Virus record (IMG/VR): IMGVR_UViG_3300022407_005585
Coordinates: 1-25,704 of that record
Strand: one strand, 5' to 3'
Source: a virus
Lineage: Duplodnaviria > Caudoviricetes
Length of the DNA stretch: 25,704 nucleotides
Below the pieces are notes generated by a model. That model saw nothing but the letters and a program-made list of their open reading frames with translations, ran no database searches and was not told where the DNA came from. This document shows, in pieces, positions 18,257-25,094 of the stretch; the first letter of the stretch is position 1; each line of letters begins with the position of its first letter. A program made the position numbers and the translations under genes.

Positions 18257-19080
18257 TGCCTATAATTTCACAATTAAATACCGCAAACACATTCAGTCAA
18301 TGGTTGACGGGAACACAAGACCTCATCACAAGGACTAACTCCTTGGTCGAAGGTGGCAGTGGCTCCATTTTCTATTCAAATACCAACCTTTCGGTTGCTA
18401 ACAACCTTACAATTGGTGGCGATTTAACAGTATCGGGAAATATTGTCCTTGATTCAATTAGTTTTGATGATATCAACTCTAATGGTTCGGCTTCTTTTGC
18501 AAACAATCTATCTGTAACAGGTAACACAACTTTAACTAATCTTGCTGTATCTGGATCAGCAAATATTTCCACTTTAACAAGTGCATCCGGTCTATTAACT
18601 TCATCTACAAATATTCTTGTCAATGGATTTGCATTTTCTTCAAATGCTAATGTAAGAACTGGTGTTACTACTTTTGCTGTTACGAATTCAGGTTCAGGTG
18701 CTTATCTATTTGACCAATATTCTGGTAACAATCCTGACATATATTTACATCCAGGCCAAACAGTTTCATTTAATATTAATGCTTCAGGACATCCATTTTT
18801 AATAAGACAGTCAAATGGCGGAGTACTTTATAATGTAGGACTTACTCATGTATCAACAGCTGGTGTTGTTACTACTGAAAGTGGTGCTCAAGCAAAAGAA
18901 ACTGGAACACTTATCTGGAAAGTTCCTTTTGCATTAACAGGTAACACTTATGTTTACCAGTGTCAAAATCACTCAGGTATGGTAGGCAACTTAATTATAC
19001 AACAAACTGTAACAGCTGTTGGACTTATAGCCTCAGCTGTTTCAGGTGATGGCCTGGCCTTTGCAATTGCACTAGGTTAA
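18256..19080 (+). CDS. Fibre-like virion protein with cupredoxin-like domain and C-terminal AFAIALG motif
   Basis: N-terminal NTF.QW...T anchor-like segment, L.V.G beta repeats, NPDIYL..GQT..F.....GHPF.I ... YQCQNHSGM.G, ending GLAFAIALG. Confidence 0.7.
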   Translation: MPIISQLNTANTFSQWLTGTQDLITRTNSLVEGGSGSIFYSNTNLSVANNLTIGGDLTVSGNIVLDSISFDDINSNGSASFANNLSVTGNTTLTNLAVSGSANISTLTSASGLLTSSTNILVNGFAFSSNANVRTGVTTFAVTNSGSGAYLFDQYSGNNPDIYLHPGQTVSFNINASGHPFLIRQSNGGVLYNVGLTHVSTAGVVTTESGAQAKETGTLIWKVPFALTGNTYVYQCQNHSGMVGNLIIQQTVTAVGLIASAVSGDGLAFAIALG

Positions 19081-19093
19081 ATAGATAAATAGA
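19078..19093 (+). promoter_or_regulatory. Tandem late-promoter motif TAAATAGA-TAAATAGA
   Basis: Direct 8-bp duplication overlapping the stop at 19080. AAGGA RBS follows, then ATG 19113. Confidence 0.65.
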
Positions 19094-19112
19094 ATATCAA
19101 GGAAAATAAAAG

Positions 19113-19430
19113 ATGGCTAATACCTTCAAGAATTATTTCGGTGCAAATGTATCCGCAAATACTACAATTTTTACCGCTGGCAGTGGTGTCTCAGCAACTG
19201 TCATTGGCATGTCCATTGCAAACTTAACAACTTCTCCAGTAAGTTGTAATGTGTTTGTAACTGCAAGTGCAGCTGACTATTACATGGTTCGAAATGCTAC
19301 GATTGCAGTCGGAGGCGCCTTTGTTCCGATTGGTGGAGATCAGAAGTTGGTCCTAGAGGCAACAGATGCAATTAAGGTTTCATCATCAGCCGGGTGTGAT
19401 GTGATCCTGTCTGTCCTAGAAATAACTTAA
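19113..19430 (+). CDS. Small beta-sandwich virion/adapter protein (MANTFK type)
   Basis: 105 aa, VIGMSIAN....V...V....Y.V....I.VG......G.QKLVLE..D.I......D..LS.LEIT. It resembles ORF 20113. Confidence 0.7.
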   Translation: MANTFKNYFGANVSANTTIFTAGSGVSATVIGMSIANLTTSPVSCNVFVTASAADYYMVRNATIAVGGAFVPIGGDQKLVLEATDAIKVSSSAGCDVILSVLEIT

Positions 19431-19443
19431 TTGGAGTTAACTA

Positions 19444-20106
19444 ATGTCTTTTCTAGGTAACACACCCACCACTCAGTCATTTACATCTCTTACTGAAAGA
19501 TTCAATGGCGATGGTAGCACAACTACTATCACATTGTCTAGAGCGGTGTATAATCCCTCTGACATTGAAGTTCTTGTTAACAATGTTCAACAGGATCCAT
19601 ATGAGGCATATACTGTAAACGGAACACAAACCCTCACGTTTACTGGAGCACCATCAGTTGGCACTGGTAATATTATTGTTACCTATCGCAACTATACAAT
19701 CACTAAATTTATTCCTGCTGAAGGTACTTTAACTGCTGCATCAATTATAGACGGTTCAATTACTGGTGTCAAGCTTGCATCTAGTACAATTACTGGCGAT
19801 AAGATTGGATTGACTGCAATTACTGGTAACCTGATAGCTGCTACCACTATTACAGGCGATAAACTTGGCCTATCATCAATCACTAGTAATCTGATTGCAG
19901 CTAACGCTATAACTACAGCAGCAATTGCAGATGGTTCAATCAATACATCCGAACTAGCATCAGGAGCTGTAACAGGCGATAAGATTGGCCTTACAGCAAT
20001 CAACGCAAATAACATCGTTGACGGAACAATTTCAAACGCAAAACTTGCATCACCAGGTGCAACAACAGGAAAGGCAATAGCGATGGCTATTGTATTTGGA
20101 GGATAA
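19444..20106 (+). CDS. Fibre-like protein A: N-terminal beta domain, decapeptide repeats, C-terminal GKAIAMAIVFGG
   Basis: GGAG RBS. MSFLGN.P...F.GDGSTT..TL domain followed by 11 ITxxKIxxxx-type repeats. Paralogue of 23148. Confidence 0.75.
   Translation: MSFLGNTPTTQSFTSLTERFNGDGSTTTITLSRAVYNPSDIEVLVNNVQQDPYEAYTVNGTQTLTFTGAPSVGTGNIIVTYRNYTITKFIPAEGTLTAASIIDGSITGVKLASSTITGDKIGLTAITGNLIAATTITGDKLGLSSITSNLIAANAITTAAIADGSINTSELASGAVTGDKIGLTAINANNIVDGTISNAKLASPGATTGKAIAMAIVFGG
19729..20058 (+). repeat. 11 x 30-nt (10-aa) degenerate tandem coding repeat
   Basis: LTAASIIDGS ITGVKLASST ITGDKIGLTA ITGNLIAATT ITGDKLGLSS ITSNLIAANA ITTAAIADGS INTSELASGA VTGDKIGLTA INANNIVDGT ISNAKLASPG. Confidence 0.9.
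19846..19976 (+). repeat. 131-bp perfect direct repeat, copy 1
   Basis: actattacaggcgat...ggagctgtaacagg is identical by eye to 23508-23638. Confidence 0.93.
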
Positions 20107-20112
20107 AACTAA

Positions 20113-20490
20113 ATGGCCGCACCTAATATTGTCAACGTATCGTTGATTAATGCAAATTCAAACAACATGACCTTGTCTACCACAAGTGAGATTGGTTTGC
20201 TTAGCAATCCAGCTTCAAGTGGTAAAGTTTACAAAATTAATACTATTCTAGTAGCAAACAGAGAGACTAATGCTAATTCAGTTAATGTAACAGTTAACGT
20301 CTATACTGGTGCTGCACTGACTGGTTCAGGATTCCCAATTGCACAATTAATTCCAGTTCCAGGTAGTACTACTTTGGTTATTATTGATAAATCAACGTCA
20401 TTTTATTTGGAAGAAAACGAATCTATTGGTATTAAATCCGGAACTTCTAATGGCCTTGCCAGTTTGATTTCTTGGGAAGAAATTTCTTAA
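20113..20490 (+). CDS. Small beta-sandwich virion/adapter protein (MAAPNIVNV type)
   Basis: 125 aa, N.ASSGKVYKINTILVAN...V.V.V....IPVP..TTLVIIDK....YLEE..SI......ISWEEIS. GGAGG RBS lies within the end of the upstream gene. Confidence 0.75.
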   Translation: MAAPNIVNVSLINANSNNMTLSTTSEIGLLSNPASSGKVYKINTILVANRETNANSVNVTVNVYTGAALTGSGFPIAQLIPVPGSTTLVIIDKSTSFYLEENESIGIKSGTSNGLASLISWEEIS

Positions 20491-20502
20491 TTGGCGTAAA
20501 AG

Positions 20503-21357
20503 ATGTCCAAACGCTATCCTGGCGGATATATCTCCGCAACAATAAACCCTTTTTTGTTAAATGGGGAAGCACTGTTTACGGTTCCTGGGGCTTATACATG
20601 GGTTTGCCCTGATGGTGTGACGCTTGTTTCTGTTCTTTGTGTAGGTGCTGGCGGCAGTGGTCGCAGAGATGATACTTACGCATTTGGAAGTGGCGGGGGT
20701 GGTCTTCGTTACTACAATAACTTTGCGGTCACTCCCGGCGCTTCTTACCAGTTAACTGTTGGCGCAGGAGCAGCTGCAGGAGTAACTGCGGTCGCTGGCG
20801 GTGATAGTTGGTTTAATGGCGTATCTACAGCAACAGCTACGGTTTGGGCTGGCGGTGGCGGTGTAAACAACACAAGTAGTGGTAGTGGCGGTGCGGGCGG
20901 CACAGGGTCAACTATTGCGGGTTCTATTGGCGGTGGCGATGGCGGTGCTGGCGGGAATAGAGCTGCATCAACTTCTGGTGGAGGCGGCGGCGCAGGCGGG
21001 TATTCTGGTAATGGAGGCGCAGCTGGTGCTGTAGGAACAGGCGGAGGAGGCGGCGGCGGGGGCACAGGTTCTACCGACGCTAGTGGTGGTGGTGGAGGTG
21101 TTGGTCTCTTTGGTCAAGGCACAAATGGTGCTGCTGGAACAGGTACAACTGGCGGCGGCGGTGCAGGATCAAGCGGCTCTAATGGTGGCAGTGTTGCAGG
21201 CCTACAGATTAATGGTGGCACCTACGGAGGCGGCGGCGCTAGCCGTGATTCAGCTTCTGGTAATGGGGGTCGTGGCGGTGGCGGTGCAGTTCGTATTATT
21301 TGGTCTGGTTATCCTACAATCACCCGTACATTTCCATCAACCAACGTAGTGAGATAA
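20503..21357 (+). CDS. Polyglycine-rich adhesin-like protein 1
   Basis: YTWVCPDGVTLVSVLCVGAGGSG ... GGGGGAGGYSGNGG ... GGGVGLFGQG.NG ... GGGGAVRIIWSG...RTFPST. Confidence 0.75.
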   Translation: MSKRYPGGYISATINPFLLNGEALFTVPGAYTWVCPDGVTLVSVLCVGAGGSGRRDDTYAFGSGGGGLRYYNNFAVTPGASYQLTVGAGAAAGVTAVAGGDSWFNGVSTATATVWAGGGGVNNTSSGSGGAGGTGSTIAGSIGGGDGGAGGNRAASTSGGGGGAGGYSGNGGAAGAVGTGGGGGGGGTGSTDASGGGGGVGLFGQGTNGAAGTGTTGGGGAGSSGSNGGSVAGLQINGGTYGGGGASRDSASGNGGRGGGGAVRIIWSGYPTITRTFPSTNVVR

Positions 21358-21359
21358 TC

Positions 21360-22268
21360 ATGGCTGTAGGTATTTTAACATTAAAACAGATAGCACAAGC
21401 TGTAGGTTCAAAGACATTAACGGTTAATCAAGGTCAGAATTTTTATACCGGTGTTGGTACATATTCATGGGTTGCTCCAGTAGGAGTTACTGCGGTTTCC
21501 GTTGTCTGCGTAGGAAAAGGCGGTACTGGAGGACCTTCCCAAAGAACAATCTGTGCTGTTGATTCTGACACATATGATGGAGGAGGTGGAGGAGGAGGGG
21601 GAGGTTTAATGTTTTTAAACAATTACTCTGTAACACCGGGCACTTCGTACACGGTTTCAATAAGCTCAGGTGGTTCTGCTACATTTGTTAGTTCATCCGT
21701 AGCAGAAGGTAGAATAGGCGGTACTGGTGGCAGTAGTAATGGTGGTGTTGGCGGCACTACCTCAGGCAGTGCCCAGGCGGTAGGTTTTGATGGTGGCGCT
21801 GGCGGTAACGGAAAAAGCGGCTCAAGCAGTCAACAAGACGCAGACGGTGGAGGCGGCGGAGGTGCTGCTGGATACCAAGCTGAAAGTGGTGCTGGTGGTA
21901 ATGATCCGAGTGGTGGTAATGCAGGAATTGGCGGCGGAGGAGGCGGAGGAGGTAGTGGCCTTACTGGTGATGGTTCTGTTTCTCGATCTGGCGGAGGTGG
22001 AGGTGGTGTTGGTCTTTTAGGGCAAGGATCCAACGGAGCTGCTGGAACAACCACAGGAGGCGGTGGTGGTGGTGGTAGTGATGGCGCAAACGGAACTACC
22101 GGTGCAATTGGTGATGGTGTTGCAGGTGGTGCATATGGTGGTGGTGGAGGCGGTGCAGGAGCCAACCTTGCCGGTAATACTAATGGGGGTACTGGCGGCC
22201 CAGCCGCAGTTAGAATTATATGGGGTGCAGGTCGGGCATTTCCTTCAACAAACACAGGAGATTTATAA
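21360..22268 (+). CDS. Polyglycine-rich adhesin-like protein 2
   Basis: The ATG at 21360 follows the upstream TAA by 2 nt, whereas the listed start at 21300 overlaps the previous gene. Same framework: YSWVAPVGVTAVSVVCVG ... AVRIIWGAGRAFPST. Confidence 0.75.
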   Translation: MAVGILTLKQIAQAVGSKTLTVNQGQNFYTGVGTYSWVAPVGVTAVSVVCVGKGGTGGPSQRTICAVDSDTYDGGGGGGGGGLMFLNNYSVTPGTSYTVSISSGGSATFVSSSVAEGRIGGTGGSSNGGVGGTTSGSAQAVGFDGGAGGNGKSGSSSQQDADGGGGGGAAGYQAESGAGGNDPSGGNAGIGGGGGGGGSGLTGDGSVSRSGGGGGGVGLLGQGSNGAAGTTTGGGGGGGSDGANGTTGAIGDGVAGGAYGGGGGGAGANLAGNTNGGTGGPAAVRIIWGAGRAFPSTNTGDL

Positions 22269-22765
22269 TGGAACTTTTTATTCGCATCGTAGATGGTCAG
22301 CCTTTTGAGCACCCAATTATGGGTGATAACTTTCGTCAAGCATTCCCTCATATTGACGTTAACAATTTGCCCGCAGAATTTGTAAAGTTTGAGCGTGTTG
22401 AATGCCCATATTTAGCAACAACTTTTCAAGTAGATGAAGCAGATTATCAATGGGATAACGGAATTGTAAAAGATGTTTGGTTTGTGCGTGAAATGACTGA
22501 TGAAGAACGTGCAGTAAAAATGCAACAATTTACAGACAGTGCCAATAGAGCTGTTGAGTTCTTTAAAGAAACGGCACAGGAAAAAATTGAATCTGCGCCG
22601 AATGAAGAAGCTCGTCAAGCGTGGGTCGATTACCTTGCAGCACTTAATGCGTGGGTGTTAGTTGATGCTGTTAACCCACAGTACCCAGCTAAGCCCGCTG
22701 TTAAAGCTGATGGCACACTAGTTGACTTAACTGTTTCGGGAAGTGAGCCAAATGTTGTCGGTTAA
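22268..22765 (+). CDS. Putative tail-fibre/adhesin assembly chaperone
   Basis: TAATG coupling at 22266-22270. MELFIRI.DGQPFEHP...NFRQAF...F.RV..P...W...MTDEE. The C-terminal QAWVDYLAAL...YPAKP resembles phage tail assembly chaperones. Paralogue of 25095. Confidence 0.55.
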   Translation: MELFIRIVDGQPFEHPIMGDNFRQAFPHIDVNNLPAEFVKFERVECPYLATTFQVDEADYQWDNGIVKDVWFVREMTDEERAVKMQQFTDSANRAVEFFKETAQEKIESAPNEEARQAWVDYLAALNAWVLVDAVNPQYPAKPAVKADGTLVDLTVSGSEPNVVG

Positions 22766-23057
22766 ACCGCTTGAAAATATGGGAGATATTCATGGCGGCA
22801 TGTATGACTTTGAAAAAGCAGGAGACATTCTGCCCAAACATATTCATAACGAAAATAATGTTCACATCACAATTGTTGCTCGTGGAAAAATAAAAGCCTA
22901 CTCACACGACTGGGAAAAAGAAGCTGTGGCAGGACAACTGATGGATTTTCGTCCCGGTGAGCCTCATGAAATAATGGCGCTTGAGGATAACACTCGTATC
23001 TTCAATATTGTTAAAAAGTTTGGTGGTGTGTCTGACGATACGCAAACGGTATACTAA
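22752..23057 (+). CDS. Cupin-fold protein
   Basis: GDILPKHIH.....HITIVARG ... GQL.DF.PGEPHEI.ALEDNT match cupin motifs 1 and 2. Start is ATG 22752 (alternatives GTG 22743 or ATG 22779). Confidence 0.8.
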   Translation: MLSVKPLENMGDIHGGMYDFEKAGDILPKHIHNENNVHITIVARGKIKAYSHDWEKEAVAGQLMDFRPGEPHEIMALEDNTRIFNIVKKFGGVSDDTQTVY

Positions 23058-23091
23058 TATAGGAAGCATTTGATAATGTCATCCTATATTA
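23055..23091. terminator. Intergenic hairpin (possible terminator or RNA processing site)
   Basis: TAATATAGGA (23055-64) pairs with TCCTATATTA (23082-91), with inner G-C and CATT/AATG pairs and a TGAT loop. No clear U-tract. Confidence 0.5.
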
Positions 23092-23101
23092 ACTAAATAG
23101 A
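23092..23101 (+). promoter_or_regulatory. T4-type late promoter (ACTAAATAGA)
   Basis: TAAATAGA core in the longest intergenic gap, upstream of AAGGA (23136-40) and TTG 23148. Confidence 0.65.
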
Positions 23102-23147
23102 GTAAACAATCAATACTAAGCCCAACGCAATATAAAAGGATAATAAA

Positions 23148-24095
23148 TTGGCCTTCCTTGGAAATCTACCCACATCAGCGACCTTTGCTATTGACTCCTT
23201 CAATGGTGACAATAGCACAGTCAACTTTACCTTGCGTGAAGCACCAGTAACCACTAGCTCTATTCTTGTGTTCGTTGGTGGTATTCGCCAGCATACAGAT
23301 ACATATTCGTTATCTAGCACAACACTTACCTTCTCAGAAGCACCACCAACAGGCACAAATAATATCCAAGTATTGTTCCTTGGACTTGGTGCTAGTCCAC
23401 ATATTCCATCAGACTTCTCTGTATCTACAGTTAAAATTCAGACTAATGCTATTACTGGTGACAAGATTGCACCAACTACATTAACTGGCAACCTGATAGC
23501 ATCAGCAACTATTACAGGCGATAAACTTGGCCTATCATCAATCACTAGTAATCTGATTGCAGCTAACGCTATAACTACAGCAGCAATTGCAGATGGTTCA
23601 ATCAATACATCCGAACTAGCATCAGGAGCTGTAACAGGTGATAAACTTGGAACAGGCTCAGTTACCTCCAATAGTTTTGCACCAACAGTCACAACAGGTA
23701 ATGTTAACCTATCTGGTGCAACTAGTTTTCTCAGTACAGTATTTGAAACAGCCAATGTGACTACCTTGATGGGTGCTAATACAACTATTAATGTGGCACA
23801 ACCACTTATAGTATTTACTGCTAACTCATCTGCAAACAGTACAATTAACTTTACAGGTCTTGCTGGTATGCCAGTAGGTAATACTGCATCGTTTACTATT
23901 ATTAATCCAAATAGTGCTAATGGAAAATATATTAACGTATATCAAGTTGATGGTAGTGCAACAATCGTAAAATGGGCAGGAGGTGCACCACTTGGCGGTA
24001 CATCAGCCAACACGGACATATATTCATTCAGTATTATTAAAACCTCTGCAACACCAACTTACAATGTGTTTGCATCTGTACAGAGTTTCTTTTAA
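23148..24095 (+). CDS. Fibre-like protein B (TTG start): N-terminal beta domain, decapeptide repeats, C-terminal beta domain
   Basis: MAFLGN.P N-terminus homologous to MSFLGN.P of 19444, and AAGGA 7 nt before TTG. C-terminal KWAGG.P.......DIYSFSIIKT....Y.V.AS domain. Confidence 0.78.
   Translation: MAFLGNLPTSATFAIDSFNGDNSTVNFTLREAPVTTSSILVFVGGIRQHTDTYSLSSTTLTFSEAPPTGTNNIQVLFLGLGASPHIPSDFSVSTVKIQTNAITGDKIAPTTLTGNLIASATITGDKLGLSSITSNLIAANAITTAAIADGSINTSELASGAVTGDKLGTGSVTSNSFAPTVTTGNVNLSGATSFLSTVFETANVTTLMGANTTINVAQPLIVFTANSSANSTINFTGLAGMPVGNTASFTIINPNSANGKYINVYQVDGSATIVKWAGGAPLGGTSANTDIYSFSIIKTSATPTYNVFASVQSFF
23421..23690 (+). repeat. 9 x 30-nt (10-aa) degenerate tandem coding repeat
   Basis: VSTVKIQTNA ITGDKIAPTT LTGNLIASAT ITGDKLGLSS ITSNLIAANA ITTAAIADGS INTSELASGA VTGDKLGTGS VTSNSFAPTV. 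Confidence 0.88.
23508..23638 (+). repeat. 131-bp perfect direct repeat, copy 2
   Basis: Identical by eye to 19846-19976, in the same codon register. Confidence 0.93.
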
Positions 24096-24097
24096 TT

Positions 24098-25057
24098 ATG
24101 CCTTTATTTCGAAAATTAGTTAGTGTTCCCAAAGCAGCTAGTGTTGGTAAGAGGAAAGAAAGAGCAGCTTTTGTTGCACCTCCGGGCCAAGATTCTTACA
24201 CAACGGCAGGTAATTACTCTTGGGTTGCACCAGCTGGGGTAACCTCTGTCTCTGTTGTTACTGTTGGAGGTGGTGGTGGATCCGGAAAAGGAAATGCCAG
24301 TGGTGTTCCTGGTGGCGGCGGAGGCGGTGGCCTTGGATATCGTAATAACATTACTGTTGTTCCCGGTGTTTCGTATGCAGTAGTTGTTGGCGTTGGTGGT
24401 CCTGGATCAACAACTACTGCTACCTCCGGTACTGCTGGTGGTGCCTCTTCGTTTGTAGCAGGAACCACCACATCAGGTTCTGGTGGTAATCCGGGCACGT
24501 ATGTTTTTGGAACCACTGGCGTCGGTGGATCGGGTGGTTCATATGCCGGTGATGGCGGTGGTAATGGTGGTGCTGGTGCATCTTCTAGCGGCGCCAATGG
24601 CGGAGGTGGCGGTGGTGCCGGAGGGTATTCTGGCAATGGTGGTACAGCTGCTCCTGATGCTAGTGTCGCTGGAGGTAATGGCGTCGGTGGTGGCGGAGGA
24701 GGCGGCGGCGGCGGGGCCAATGGCGTTGCTTGCGAAAACTCAACGAATGGAGGCGGTGGCGCTGGCGGCGGTGTGGGCTTATTAGGCGAAGGCTCAAATG
24801 GTGCTGGAGGCGCTATAGCTGTATATGGCGAAGGTGGTTTTGGTGGAGGAGGCGGCTCAAGCGGTGCTGCAGGTGGCACCACCAACCCCAGTAGCTATGG
24901 GTTTTCCAGTGGCGGGTTGCGTGGTGGAGGGGGTGGTGCTGGTACTAAGGGTTCTGGAACTTTTGCTAATGGGGGGTCTGGAGGTGCTGGCGCAGTCCGT
25001 ATCATCTGGCCCGGCACAACTCGCACATTCCCTTCAACACGCACGGCGAATGAATAA
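24098..25057 (+). CDS. Polyglycine-rich adhesin-like protein 3
   Basis: YSWVAPAGVTSVSVVTVGGGGG ... GGGGGAGGYSGNGG ... GGGVGLLGEGSNG ... GAVRIIWPGTTRTFPST, with a basic N-terminal leader. Confidence 0.75.
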   Translation: MPLFRKLVSVPKAASVGKRKERAAFVAPPGQDSYTTAGNYSWVAPAGVTSVSVVTVGGGGGSGKGNASGVPGGGGGGGLGYRNNITVVPGVSYAVVVGVGGPGSTTTATSGTAGGASSFVAGTTTSGSGGNPGTYVFGTTGVGGSGGSYAGDGGGNGGAGASSSGANGGGGGGAGGYSGNGGTAAPDASVAGGNGVGGGGGGGGGGANGVACENSTNGGGGAGGGVGLLGEGSNGAGGAIAVYGEGGFGGGGGSSGAAGGTTNPSSYGFSSGGLRGGGGGAGTKGSGTFANGGSGGAGAVRIIWPGTTRTFPSTRTANE

Positions 25058-25063
25058 TAAATA
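25056..25063 (+). promoter_or_regulatory. Possible late promoter (AATAAATA)
   Basis: NATAAATA in the gap before AGGA RBS and ATG 25095. It lacks the GA suffix of the other copies and sits in AT-rich DNA. Confidence 0.4.
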
Positions 25064-25094
25064 ATTGATTAATTAGTTAGTTAGGATAAAAAAT

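Noticed and set aside
293-18623. Short antisense and alternate-frame ORFs within baseplate genes
   Set aside because: They are fully nested in well-supported genes and show no recognisable motifs.
19729-20058. CRISPR-like array or invertible shufflon
   Set aside because: The 30-nt periodicity is a degenerate coding repeat with no spacers. The repeats are direct, all genes are on one strand, and no invertase is seen.
21300-22267. Listed upstream starts at 21300 and 22220
   Set aside because: Both overlap the preceding genes. ATG 21360 and ATG 22268 fit gene packing, and 22268 also matches the N-terminus of its paralogue.
19846-23638. Diversity-generating retroelement TR/VR pair
   Set aside because: The copies are identical with no adenine-specific mismatches, lie mid-gene, and no reverse transcriptase is present in the window.
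20745-24885. Pro-rich minus-strand ORFs (20745-21065, 21830-22351, 24214-24885) and Val/Ala-rich alternate-frame ORFs
   Set aside because: These are shadows of GGN-rich glycine codons in the real + strand genes.
20503-25057. Collagen-like fibres
   Set aside because: Glycines occur in runs (GGGGG, GGxGG) and not as sustained Gly-X-Y with Pro.
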